Source: a virus | Taxonomy: Duplodnaviria; Caudoviricetes | Reading direction: 5' to 3' (one strand) | Length of the DNA stretch: 28,750 bases | IMG/VR virus record: IMGVR_UViG_3300030372_004814 | Span: 1-28,750 of that record | Part shown: positions 1 to 8,841 of the stretch, in pieces | Numbering within the stretch: the first letter of the stretch is position 1 | How the letters are laid out: the number at the start of each line of letters is the position of its first letter | Made by a program: the position numbers and the translations under genes | The notes under the pieces: generated by a model | What the model was told of the DNA's origin: nothing | Seen by the model: only the letters and a program-made list of their open reading frames with translations | Database searches by the model: none

Positions 1-1
1 T

Positions 2-39
2 CTTGACTGTATTTCTATCCGAAATAGTCAAGGGGGGGG
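2..39 (+). other. Inverted repeat plus G-tract at the left end, probable cos-proximal terminase-recognition region
   Basis: CTTGAC..TATTTC-TATCC-GAAATA-GTCAAG imperfect inverted repeat (2-32), running into G8 (32-39). It lies between the HNH gene (window end) and the MTase/terS genes. Confidence 0.45.
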
Positions 40-96
40 TAGAATTTCATAGGGGGTACAAAACTAGAACTAGTTTAGGTTTAGATTTAAATATTT

Positions 97-741
97 ATGT
101 TTGAAAAAAATAATTTAAAAATATATAATGGAGATTGTGTAGATCTTATGAAAAAATATTCTGATAATTATTTTGATTTAGCTATAGTAGATCCTCCATA
201 CTCAATAATAAATAAAACTCAGAGAGGTAAATATAGATCAGCTCATAAATATAAAATAACAGCTGATACATGGGATTACAAACCTATTAAAAATTATTGG
301 ATAGAGTTATTTAGAATATCTAAAGATCAGATAATATGGGGAGGTAATTATTTTACTAATTATTTATATGAAAATGATGCATGGATATTTTGGTATAAAA
401 ATAATCCTATAGATAGTTATTCTGATGGAGAGCTAGCATGGACATCTTTTAAAAATAAAAAATTAAAATGTTTTAACTATATGTACTATGGAGCTATAAA
501 CTCTGATAAAAATAGATTTCATCCTACACAGAAGCCAGTTAAATTATATGAATGGATATTAAAAAATTATGGAGATAAAAATTTTAAGATTTTAGATACT
601 CATTTAGGATCAGGTAGCTCAGCAATAGCTGCTTTTTATTATGGCTGTAAGGAGTTTATAGGTATGGAGATAAATAAATATTATTATAATAAAAGCATAA
701 AATATATAAAAGATAATACATCTCAATTAAAGTTATTATGA
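97..741 (+). CDS. DNA adenine/N4-cytosine methyltransferase (beta class)
   Basis: Catalytic DPPY near the N-terminus, HPTQKP motif, and SAM-binding motif variant DTHLGSGS near the C-terminus. Confidence 0.92.
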   Translation: MFEKNNLKIYNGDCVDLMKKYSDNYFDLAIVDPPYSIINKTQRGKYRSAHKYKITADTWDYKPIKNYWIELFRISKDQIIWGGNYFTNYLYENDAWIFWYKNNPIDSYSDGELAWTSFKNKKLKCFNYMYYGAINSDKNRFHPTQKPVKLYEWILKNYGDKNFKILDTHLGSGSSAIAAFYYGCKEFIGMEINKYYYNKSIKYIKDNTSQLKLL

Positions 742-1217
742 CAGGGAGAAAAAAAATACCTACAGAATTAAAAAAAGCTAGAGGTACTCTTAGAAAATCT
801 AGAGAGCTAGATAATCCTATGGAGGTAGCTAAAGTACCAGCTGTACCAGCAGCTCCAAAATGGTTATCTGAAATAGGTAAGGAGCAATATAATTTAGTAG
901 TAAAACAGCTTAATGATTTAGGGATGTTATTTCAGGTAGATCTAAAATTAATAGAGGCTTATAGTAACTCTATGGCTTTACATATTGAAGCTGAGCAGGC
1001 TCTTAGAAAAACTGGGAGGATTATGATTTATAAAGATGATGAGGGGAATCCTAAGCATAGTCAAATAGTACCTATGCAAACAGTAAGCAAACAGGCTCTA
1101 GATCAAGCTATAAAAATAGCAGCTCATTTTGGTTTAACTCCTAGCAGCAGAACAAAAATATCAGCTCCAGCTAAGCTAGAGATTAAGGATAATGAATTTA
1201 ATTTTTTTAATGATTAA
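738..1217 (+). CDS. terS: Terminase small subunit (P27 family)
   Basis: N-terminal GRKKIPTELK..RG, APKWLS, C-terminal FGLTPSSRTKI; upstream of terL. Confidence 0.92.
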   Translation: MTGRKKIPTELKKARGTLRKSRELDNPMEVAKVPAVPAAPKWLSEIGKEQYNLVVKQLNDLGMLFQVDLKLIEAYSNSMALHIEAEQALRKTGRIMIYKDDEGNPKHSQIVPMQTVSKQALDQAIKIAAHFGLTPSSRTKISAPAKLEIKDNEFNFFND

Positions 1218-1219
1218 TT

Positions 1220-1357
1220 ATGGCTACTAAAAAAAATGTATGGAGATATACTCCTAATAAGAAAAAAAAAAGAAGAGGTATTCATGCTAAAAATAAGCAG
1301 AGCAGGAATAAAAATTCTGATGGATATAAAAAATCTTATATAGGTCAGGGAAAATGA
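1220..1357 (+). CDS. Unannotated 45-aa highly basic peptide (MATKKNVWRYTPNKKKKRRGIHAKNKQSRNKNSDGYKKSYIGQGK)
   Basis: Translated by hand. ATG lies 2 nt after the terS stop, its TGA overlaps the terL ATG (ATGA), and it fills the gap exactly. Confidence 0.75.
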   Translation: MATKKNVWRYTPNKKKKRRGIHAKNKQSRNKNSDGYKKSYIGQGK

Positions 1358-2907
1358 AATATAAATTTAATGAACATAAAGCTAATAAGGCTGTAGCCTT
1401 TATAGAGAAATTTTGTACTCATACTAAGGGAGAGCTAGGAGGTAAGCCTTTTATATTAGAGGATTTTCAAAAGGACCAAATAATAAAACCTATTTTTGGA
1501 TGGGTAGATAAGGATGGATATAGAAAATATAGATCTGTATATATAGAGATACCTAGAAAAAATGGAAAAAGCAATCTCTGTGCAGCTATCGTACTTTTTC
1601 AATTATTCTGCTCTAATGAATCAGGACAGGAGATAATATCAGCAGCAGCAGATCGTAATCAGGCCTCTATCGTATTTCAAATAGCTAGGAGTATGATCCT
1701 CAATAATAAGGAGCTAAATTCTAGATGTAAGATCTACAGAAACTCAATAACTATAGAGAGTACTGGATCATTTTATAAAGCTATTTCAGCTGAATCTAAT
1801 ACAGCTCATGGATTAAATATTAGTACTTTAATATTTGATGAGCTACATACTCAGAAAAACTCTGATCTAGTAGATACTCTTACTACAGCTACAGGAGCTA
1901 GGAGAGAGCCTTTACAGATATTTATTACTACAGCAGGATATGATAAAAATAGTATATGCTATAAGATGTCAGAGTATGCTACAAAAGTAAGAGATGGGAT
2001 AATAGATGATCCTACTTTTTTACCAGTACTTTTTAGAGCTGAGCCTGAGGATGACTGGAAATCTGAGGAGGTATGGAGAAAAGCTAATCCTGGACTGGGA
2101 GTAATTATTAAAGAGGCTTATTTTCAGCAACAATTTAAAAAAGCTGAGATTACTCCTAGCTTTACTAATACCTTTAAGAGACTCCATCTAAATTTATGGA
2201 CTGGATCAGAGAGCTTATGGATCTCAGATAATGATTTTATGATGTGTAATATTTCTCCTATAGAGCCTAAAAAACTAGCTAAAAGAGACTGTTATGCTGG
2301 ATTAGATTTAGCTAGTACTAGAGATATATCAGCTCTAGTATTAATCTTCCCTGATGAGGATGGTAATTTTGATGTATTACCATACTTTTTTTTACCTGAG
2401 GCTAAGGTAAAAGCAGATGGATTAGGGGATGGAGTAGATTATCAAACATGGGTAGATGAGGGATATATAATAGAGACTCCTGGTAATGTACAGGATTATA
2501 ATTACATAGAGCAAAAATTTAAAGATTTAGCTGAGGAGTATAATATCATATCATGTGCTTTTGATAGATGGGGAGCTAGTCAGTTAGTAGTAAACTTAAT
2601 TAATGATGGAGCTAAAATGAATCCTATTGGTATGGGATTTGTATCTCTATCAGCTCCTACTAAAATGCTAGAGAAATTAATACTATCTAAACAAATTAAT
2701 CATGGAGGTAATCCAGTACTGAGATGGATGTTTCATAGTGTACATATATCATCTGATCCAGCTGGTAATATCAAACCCAATAAGGCTAAAAGTACTGAAA
2801 AAATAGATGGAGTAATAGCTCTAGTATGTGCTTTAGCTGAATATCTTAATGGTTTAGAGGAGGATAATCAGTCAAGCTATGAGGATAGAGGCCTACTATT
2901 TATATAG
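1354..2907 (+). CDS. terL: Terminase large subunit (Terminase_1, HK97-like cos packaging)
   Basis: Walker A IPRKNGKS, Walker B LIFDELH, ITTAG coupling motif, nuclease GLDLASTRD and KIDGVIA. Confidence 0.97.
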   Translation: MKYKFNEHKANKAVAFIEKFCTHTKGELGGKPFILEDFQKDQIIKPIFGWVDKDGYRKYRSVYIEIPRKNGKSNLCAAIVLFQLFCSNESGQEIISAAADRNQASIVFQIARSMILNNKELNSRCKIYRNSITIESTGSFYKAISAESNTAHGLNISTLIFDELHTQKNSDLVDTLTTATGARREPLQIFITTAGYDKNSICYKMSEYATKVRDGIIDDPTFLPVLFRAEPEDDWKSEEVWRKANPGLGVIIKEAYFQQQFKKAEITPSFTNTFKRLHLNLWTGSESLWISDNDFMMCNISPIEPKKLAKRDCYAGLDLASTRDISALVLIFPDEDGNFDVLPYFFLPEAKVKADGLGDGVDYQTWVDEGYIIETPGNVQDYNYIEQKFKDLAEEYNIISCAFDRWGASQLVVNLINDGAKMNPIGMGFVSLSAPTKMLEKLILSKQINHGGNPVLRWMFHSVHISSDPAGNIKPNKAKSTEKIDGVIALVCALAEYLNGLEEDNQSSYEDRGLLFI

Positions 2908-3009
2908 TATTTGCCTCTAAAATACCTAAAAAGCAAAAAATTTAAAAAAACTTTTAAAAAAATTAACAGAGGTAGGAGTAAAAAAACTAATCTTTTTTTG
3001 CCTTTAACC

Positions 3010-3039
3010 TTGTTTATAAGGAAAAAAGTAGTATATTTG
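3010..3039 (+). promoter_or_regulatory. Bacteroidota primary-sigma promoter (-33 TTG, 19-nt spacer, -7 TATATTTG)
   Basis: TTG at 3010-3012 and TAnnTTTG at 3032-3039 with a 19-nt spacer, matching the flavobacterial consensus; intergenic, upstream of ORF 3083. Confidence 0.8.
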
Positions 3040-3082
3040 TTATAACAAACAAACAGAAATAATAATTTTAAAAAATACAATT

Positions 3083-3304
3083 ATGACAAATACAATTCAA
3101 CTTCAAGAAATAGGTTTAGTAAAAGGAACTCCAGCTGGACAAATTAAAGTAGGTACTACTTTATTATGGAACTTTGGACACACTAGCAAAGTAAAAGCTA
3201 TAACAAAAGAAACTCAAAAAAGTATATGGTTTATAACTGAAACTAAAGAAGGTAATACTTATACTAGAAGATTTTTAAAAACTAGAGTAATAGGAACATT
3301 ATAA
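3083..3304 (+). CDS. Hypothetical small beta-rich protein (moron gene)
   Basis: 73-aa ORF with its own promoter and terminator between terL and portal. Confidence 0.75.
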   Translation: MTNTIQLQEIGLVKGTPAGQIKVGTTLLWNFGHTSKVKAITKETQKSIWFITETKEGNTYTRRFLKTRVIGTL

Positions 3305-3312
3305 TAATAAAT

Positions 3313-3342
3313 GGGAGGAGTTTAAAAGCTCCTCCTTTTTTT
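3313..3342 (+). terminator. Rho-independent terminator
   Basis: GGAGGAGTT-TAAA-AGCTCCTCC stem-loop followed by T7. Confidence 0.85.
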
Positions 3343-3356
3343 AAAACAGAAATAAG

Positions 3357-3599
3357 ATGAAAATATATATAGTAAATTGGTATGATGTAGATGGCCATCC
3401 ATCTCCCTTACAAAATAGAGGATTTGTAAATAAAAAAGAGGCTGTAAGTTTTAGGAGTAAATTGAATAAAACTTTTAAAAAAGGAGAAGATTATATATCT
3501 CCTACAGATGACTCTAAGGCTAATAGATTTGTAGATCCTGTAAGTGTAATAGATATACCTATTTCTAAAAAAGGATTAATAAGAGCTTTTAATATGTAA
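3357..3599 (+). CDS. Hypothetical protein
   Basis: 80-aa ORF, tightly packed with its neighbours; AAAACAGAAA motif upstream of the start. Confidence 0.7.
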   Translation: MKIYIVNWYDVDGHPSPLQNRGFVNKKEAVSFRSKLNKTFKKGEDYISPTDDSKANRFVDPVSVIDIPISKKGLIRAFNM

Positions 3600-3601
3600 T
3601 T

Positions 3602-3814
3602 ATGGAATATCAAAAATTTAGATTTTGTATGAGATGTCAAAGAATGGCTCTAATAAAAGTAGATGGCTGTTTTATATGTAAAGGATCTTTTATTTTAGAT
3701 TCTCCTAAGCCTGATAGTTTTTTAGCAAATATGAAAAAATACAATAAACAGAAAATAAATAAACAGAAACAAAATTATGAAAATGAATTACTACAGCTTA
3801 AAAAAACTGATTAA
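3602..3814 (+). CDS. Hypothetical zinc-ribbon protein
   Basis: CMRC...CFIC (two CxxC pairs) in a 70-aa ORF. Confidence 0.6.
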   Translation: MEYQKFRFCMRCQRMALIKVDGCFICKGSFILDSPKPDSFLANMKKYNKQKINKQKQNYENELLQLKKTD

Positions 3815-4061
3815 AGGATATAGAGTAGCTCCTACTTTAAAAAGTAAGACTCTAATAGCTATACCTGAAAAAAAGCTATATAGTCAGTATGGCTTTATAC
3901 CTATTATAGTTAATTTTAAGGATAAAAAAATGAGTATTACTAGGAATACTCCTATACTACATAAGGAGCAATTTAGAGACAAATTTAATAGAGGTACTTT
4001 TTATACTTTATTTTATTATGAATGGAATCCTAATAAATTACAATTAGAGTTAAGTATATAA
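3777..4061 (+). CDS. Hypothetical protein
   Basis: 94-aa ORF; AAACAGAAACAAA motif immediately upstream of the ATG. Confidence 0.7.
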   Translation: MKMNYYSLKKLIKGYRVAPTLKSKTLIAIPEKKLYSQYGFIPIIVNFKDKKMSITRNTPILHKEQFRDKFNRGTFYTLFYYEWNPNKLQLELSI

Positions 4062-4119
4062 TACAAATATTATGCCTTTTTTAATATTAAAGGGGGGGAT
4101 ATTACCTGTTTTTTTTTGT

Positions 4120-4127
4120 TATATTTG
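4120..4127 (+). promoter_or_regulatory. Bacteroidota -7 promoter element (TATATTTG) for the head operon
   Basis: TAnnTTTG match ~40 nt upstream of the portal start. There is no TTG at the canonical -33 spacing. Confidence 0.55.
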
Positions 4128-4165
4128 TAGGTATTAATGTAATTACATACCTTAAATAATCTACT

Positions 4166-5362
4166 TTGGGATTACTAGATTTTTTCTATAGAAATAAAAA
4201 AGAAATTAGATCATCTAATAATTTTACTATTGGAGCTGTAGGCAGCTCATCTAGTGGAGTGAGAGTTAGTGAGGATAATTCTATAGCATTACCTGCTGTA
4301 TGGGCCGCTGTAAGATTATTATCTGAAACTATTGCTAGTTTGCCTCTTAATGTATATAAAATAGATAAGGATGGATCTAAATATATAGATAAAAAAATAC
4401 CTTTAAATAATTTGTTATCTGTAGCTCCTAATACTAAATATACATCTTTTACATGGAGAAATACTTTAATGAACAGTCTGCTGTTATGGGGTAATGCTTA
4501 TTGCTTAATTACTAGGAATGGAGGGAGTAGGCCTATAGCTCTAGAAATAATACAGCCTGATAAGGTAGAGGTATTAGAGGGAGATGATGGGGATGTATAT
4601 TATAAAATTAAAGATAGAGGTACTTATGGATCTATGGAGATTTTACATATAGTAGGTTTATCTTTTAATGGATTAGTAGGTAAGTCTCCTATACAAGCCT
4701 GTAAGGAGGCTGTAGGTTTTGGTTTAGCTACTCAGCAATATGGCTCTAATTTTTTTCAAGGAGCTAATTTATCAGGAGTATTAGAACATCCTGGAGTACT
4801 TACTGATGATGCTGCTAATAGGTTAAGACAATCATGGGCCAATAGATACTCAGGATTACAAAACAGCCATCAAACAGCTGTACTAGAAAATGGTACTAAA
4901 TTTAAGCCTATAGCTATGCCTTTAGCAGATGCAGCTTTTATAGATAGTAGAAATTTCTCAGTAGCTGAGATAGCTAGGATTTTCAGATTAGCTCCTCATC
5001 TTATTGGAGATTTATCTAGGAGTACCTATTCTAATATAGAGCAGCAGAGTTTAGAGTTTGCTAAATATACTTTAACTCCTTACCTTATAAACTGGGAGCA
5101 AGAGCTAAATAGAAAATTATTAAGTACTAAAGAACAAAGTACTCACTTTTGTAAGTTTAGAACTAATGAGCTATTAAGAGGAGATGTAAATAGTAGAGCT
5201 GATTATTATACTAAATTATTTAATGTAGGAGCATTATCTCCTAATGATATTAGAGATATGGAGGATATGAATCAGGTAGCAGATGGTAGTAATTATTATG
5301 TACCTTTAAATTTAGGAGAGGTAGGTAAAACTAATAATGATAATGAAAATCAAAATGGATAA
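4166..5362 (+). CDS. Portal protein, HK97 family (TTG start)
   Basis: AVWAAVRLLSETIASLPL, LLLWGNAY, GLVGKSPI, EIARIFRLAPHLIG, YSNIEQQ motifs. Confidence 0.97.
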   Translation: MGLLDFFYRNKKEIRSSNNFTIGAVGSSSSGVRVSEDNSIALPAVWAAVRLLSETIASLPLNVYKIDKDGSKYIDKKIPLNNLLSVAPNTKYTSFTWRNTLMNSLLLWGNAYCLITRNGGSRPIALEIIQPDKVEVLEGDDGDVYYKIKDRGTYGSMEILHIVGLSFNGLVGKSPIQACKEAVGFGLATQQYGSNFFQGANLSGVLEHPGVLTDDAANRLRQSWANRYSGLQNSHQTAVLENGTKFKPIAMPLADAAFIDSRNFSVAEIARIFRLAPHLIGDLSRSTYSNIEQQSLEFAKYTLTPYLINWEQELNRKLLSTKEQSTHFCKFRTNELLRGDVNSRADYYTKLFNVGALSPNDIRDMEDMNQVADGSNYYVPLNLGEVGKTNNDNENQNG

Positions 5363-6002
5363 AAATAAAAATAAAATAGAGGGTTTAGAGAGGAGAAACT
5401 TTTTAAATTCAGAGATAAGAGTAGAAAATGCAGAGAGTAGAGAGGTAGTAGGTTATGCTAGTGTATTTACTGATACTGATGGTAATCCAGCTCTATCTGA
5501 AAATTTAGGAGGATTTAGAGAGAAAATAGATCCTGAGGCTTTTAATGAGGTATTAGATAATGATGTTAGAGCTTTATTTAATCATGATCCTAATTTAATT
5601 CTAGGTAGGACTACAGCAGGTACATTGAGTCTATCTGTAGATGAGAGAGGTTTAAAATATTCTTTTACAGCTCCTGATACTACTACTGGTAGAGATCTTA
5701 TGGTAAGCCTAGAGAGAGGAGATGTAAGTCAGTCTAGTTTTGGTTTTATAGTAGAGGAGGATTCATGGGATGAGGATGAGGAGGGTAGAACTATTAGAAC
5801 TATTAAAAAGGTAGGTAGATTATTAGATGTATCTCCAGTAACATATCCAGCCTATCCTGATGCAGAGGCTGGTAAGAGGAGCTTTTTAAATTACAGAACT
5901 GAAAAAGAAAAACAAGAAAACAAGAAACAAGAACAATATCAAATTAGGAGAGACTTGTTAGATAAAAAAATCAAATTATTAAAACTTAAAAATTCGTATT
6001 AA
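5355..6002 (+). CDS. Prohead maturation protease, HK97 family
   Basis: GYASVF, LFNHD...LGRT, SSFGF, DVSPVTYPAY motifs. The ATG at 5355 is preferred over 5337 because it overlaps the portal less. Confidence 0.95.
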   Translation: MDKNKNKIEGLERRNFLNSEIRVENAESREVVGYASVFTDTDGNPALSENLGGFREKIDPEAFNEVLDNDVRALFNHDPNLILGRTTAGTLSLSVDERGLKYSFTAPDTTTGRDLMVSLERGDVSQSSFGFIVEEDSWDEDEEGRTIRTIKKVGRLLDVSPVTYPAYPDAEAGKRSFLNYRTEKEKQENKKQEQYQIRRDLLDKKIKLLKLKNSY

Positions 6003-6003
6003 A

Positions 6004-7266
6004 ATGAACTCAATTAATTTAAAAGAAAATAGAGCTGAGCTAGTGGAAACTATGGAGGCTATATTGGATAATGCTAAGTCTGAGGATAGAGATTTATCAG
6101 CAGATGAGCAAAATACTTGGGAGGGTTTTGATACTGAGATTAAGGCTTTAGATAAAAAAATAGAAATAGCTGAAAGACAGGAGCAGCTAAATAAGTCTAT
6201 AGCTGTTAATATGTCAGTACAAACCGATCAAGAGGCTGCTAATAAAGAAATGAAATCATGGAGCTTATTTAAAGCTGTAAGAGATGTACAAAAGGGAGGT
6301 CTTACTGGAGTAGAGAAAGAAATGCATAAAGAGGCTGAGAAAGAAAATAGAGGCTCTATGAATGGTATAGGATTACCATCATGGATGACTAATAAAGCAG
6401 AGTCTAGATCTGCTGCTGATTATGTAGATCAGGGAGCTAGTGCTATTGCTCCTGTATCTGTTAATGCCTTTGCTGATGCTTTAGTAGAGGGAGCTTTATA
6501 TAATAAAGTAGGCCTTACTAACTTAGGTACTTTAGCTGCTGATACAGTAGTACCTATTACTGGAGCTAATGCTGTAGCATGGGCAGATGAGATAGCAGAT
6601 GGTACTAATACATCTACTGATTTTGGTAAGGTTACATTGACTCCTAATCGTATTAATGGATATGCTAATATTAGTAATGTTATATTAATGCAAAATGGAA
6701 CAGGAGCAGAAAATGCTATTATGGCTGATATGGGTAGACAAATAGCAGCTAAAATAGATGCTAATATGTTTGCTAGTACTGATGCTGCTGCTGGTCCTGG
6801 ATGTATTGTGGGTACTACTGGTACTCTAGACTTTGCTGAGGCTGCTGCTTATGGAACTGATACTGTATCTGCTGATTTATTAGCTGCTATACAAAAATTA
6901 GCTGATGATCATGGATTAGATGGTAATTTAGGATTTGTAAATAGTTTTTATGGATATTCTGAGATTAAAAAATCTGCTTTAGTAGGATCAGTATCTCCAT
7001 TATATACAGATGATAGATTAGCTGGTTATCCTGGATGGTTTAGCTCAGCTCCAGCTAAAGTAGAAACTGTAGGCTCTAAGTCTTTTGATGGAATGTTTGG
7101 AGATTTCTCTAGAGTTTATTTTGCTACTTTTGGGCCTACTGCAATATTAGTAGATCCATATTCAGCTGCAACTAATAACTCTGTAAGATTAGTAGTAAAC
7201 CAGCATTATGATTGGAAAGTAGCTTCAGGAGCTAGTTTTGTAAAATATACTTCTTTACTAGATTAG
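6004..7266 (+). CDS. Major capsid protein, HK97 fold with N-terminal coiled-coil delta domain
   Basis: Follows the protease; helical N-terminal ~100 aa, LAGYP, FGDFS and ILVDPYS motifs. Confidence 0.93.
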   Translation: MNSINLKENRAELVETMEAILDNAKSEDRDLSADEQNTWEGFDTEIKALDKKIEIAERQEQLNKSIAVNMSVQTDQEAANKEMKSWSLFKAVRDVQKGGLTGVEKEMHKEAEKENRGSMNGIGLPSWMTNKAESRSAADYVDQGASAIAPVSVNAFADALVEGALYNKVGLTNLGTLAADTVVPITGANAVAWADEIADGTNTSTDFGKVTLTPNRINGYANISNVILMQNGTGAENAIMADMGRQIAAKIDANMFASTDAAAGPGCIVGTTGTLDFAEAAAYGTDTVSADLLAAIQKLADDHGLDGNLGFVNSFYGYSEIKKSALVGSVSPLYTDDRLAGYPGWFSSAPAKVETVGSKSFDGMFGDFSRVYFATFGPTAILVDPYSAATNNSVRLVVNQHYDWKVASGASFVKYTSLLD

Positions 7267-7290
7267 TATATTTAGTTATTAATTTTTTTT

Positions 7291-7323
7291 AAAAGGGAGG
7301 AGGGAGTACCTCCTCCTTTTTTT
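7291..7323 (+). terminator. Rho-independent terminator after the capsid gene
   Basis: GGAGGAGG-GAGTA-CCTCCTCC followed by T7 and preceded by an A-tract. Confidence 0.88.
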
Positions 7324-7340
7324 GTTTATATAGATTTAAT

Positions 7341-7997
7341 ATGATAAAATTAAATTTAAATACATCTCCTACAGCTACTGATCTATTATCCTTAGCTGAT
7401 GTAAAAACTTTTTTAAGAGTTACTAATACATCAGAGGATACATTGATTACCAGTTTAATAGGAGCAGCTATAGATGTAGCTCAGAATTATACTAATAGTA
7501 GATTTTTAGAGACTGAATATACTTTATATATGGAGACTTGGACTGATATATATGTATCTAATAGCTATCAGCAGGCTTTAAATAATGGAGTATATATAAC
7601 TAATGGAGGTTATGTAGGTAAGGATGGACTTAATCAGATAGTATTACCTTATGCTCCTTTAGCTAGTATTACTCATGTTAAGTATTATGATAATACTGGT
7701 ACTCAGCAAACAATGACAGCAGCTACAGATTATTCTGTACATAATTTTATTAATCAAAAGGGATTTATAGAAATAATGGATGGTATTAGCTTACCTACTT
7801 TAGATGATAGAGCTGATGCTGTAGAGATTAAATTTAAGGCTGGATATGGTACTTCTGCTGATGATGTACCTGATGCTATTAAGTCTGCTATTCAGCTTAT
7901 AATTGGCTTTATGTATGAAAAAAGAGAGGATACAGTAAGTAGATTACCTAAGGCCTCAGAGTATTTATTAGATCCATATAGATTTAAAACTTACTAA
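7341..7997 (+). CDS. Head-tail connector/adaptor (HK97 gp6 / phiE125 gp8-like, long form)
   Basis: LSLADVKTFLRV...EDTLITSLI, AGYG...VPDAIKSAI...YEKRE...LLDPYR. Confidence 0.88.
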   Translation: MIKLNLNTSPTATDLLSLADVKTFLRVTNTSEDTLITSLIGAAIDVAQNYTNSRFLETEYTLYMETWTDIYVSNSYQQALNNGVYITNGGYVGKDGLNQIVLPYAPLASITHVKYYDNTGTQQTMTAATDYSVHNFINQKGFIEIMDGISLPTLDDRADAVEIKFKAGYGTSADDVPDAIKSAIQLIIGFMYEKREDTVSRLPKASEYLLDPYRFKTY

Positions 7998-7998
7998 A

Positions 7999-8388
7999 AT
8001 GGCTAAAAGTGAAATCTTAAAAGCTGGAGAGTTAGATACTTTAATAAAAGTATATTTAAATAATAGATCTCAGAATGATTATGGAGAGGTAGTATATTCT
8101 AAGTCTTTTAGTAAAGATGTATGGGCCAAATTACTTACTACAGGTATTAAAGGTAATGAAAAAATAGAGGATGATACATTAAGAGCAGAGTATAAAGTAG
8201 CTTTTTTAGTCAGAGATGATAGTATATTTTATATAAGTAGTACTACTCTATCTACAGCTGAGAAAATATGTATTAAGCATGATAATAAATTTTGGAATAT
8301 TGTTTCTGTAGAGCCTCAAGGTAGAGGGAGAGGTATTCTTTTAAGATGTACTTTTACAGATAATGATTATCCTGAATTTGTAGAGTAA
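7999..8388 (+). CDS. Head closure (head-tail joining) protein, SPP1 gp16-like
   Basis: AGELD..I, QNDYGE, VWAK, WNIVSV motifs and synteny. Confidence 0.8.
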   Translation: MAKSEILKAGELDTLIKVYLNNRSQNDYGEVVYSKSFSKDVWAKLLTTGIKGNEKIEDDTLRAEYKVAFLVRDDSIFYISSTTLSTAEKICIKHDNKFWNIVSVEPQGRGRGILLRCTFTDNDYPEFVE

Positions 8389-8393
8389 ATATT

Positions 8394-8840
8394 ATGATAG
8401 GTAAACAAGACTGGACATCAATAGAAATAGATAAAAGAGATTTTAAAGATTTAATAAAAGGATTAGATCGTATAAAAGATAAATTTTCTCAAAAAAAAGC
8501 TAATTCAGAGATAAATAAAATAGTATTTAATGCTGCTAAGCCCATGACAGCTGTAGCAAAGGCTTTAGCTCCTGTAGGAGAAACTAAAAATCTTAAAAAA
8601 TCTATAGGTAGATGGCGAACTAAAACAGGAGTTAGAGTAGGAGCTAGATATAGAAAAAAAGATAAAATTAAGGGATGGTATGTAGCCTTCCCATCTTATA
8701 TGCATAAGACTAGAGATGGAGGGATGACTGAGAAAGCTACTCCTTTTTTAGCTGATGCATGGGAGAGTACAAAAGAATTAACAGCTAAATTAATAATAGA
8801 TGGAGTTAATAAATTAATTAGTACATTTTGGAGATCATAA
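8394..8840 (+). CDS. HK97 gp10-like tail-completion/neck protein
   Basis: AKALAPVGETKNLKKSI and ATPFLADAWE motifs; synteny. Confidence 0.8.
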   Translation: MIGKQDWTSIEIDKRDFKDLIKGLDRIKDKFSQKKANSEINKIVFNAAKPMTAVAKALAPVGETKNLKKSIGRWRTKTGVRVGARYRKKDKIKGWYVAFPSYMHKTRDGGMTEKATPFLADAWESTKELTAKLIIDGVNKLISTFWRS

Positions 8841-8841
8841 A

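Noticed and set aside
2877-3080. Minus-strand 67-aa ORF
   Set aside because: Low-complexity F/L/K translation of an AT-rich promoter region; it overlaps terL and opposes the uniform + strand.
4072-4137. 21-codon ORF upstream of the portal
   Set aside because: It runs through homopolymer tracts, a weak hairpin and the -7 element, so it is more likely regulatory DNA.
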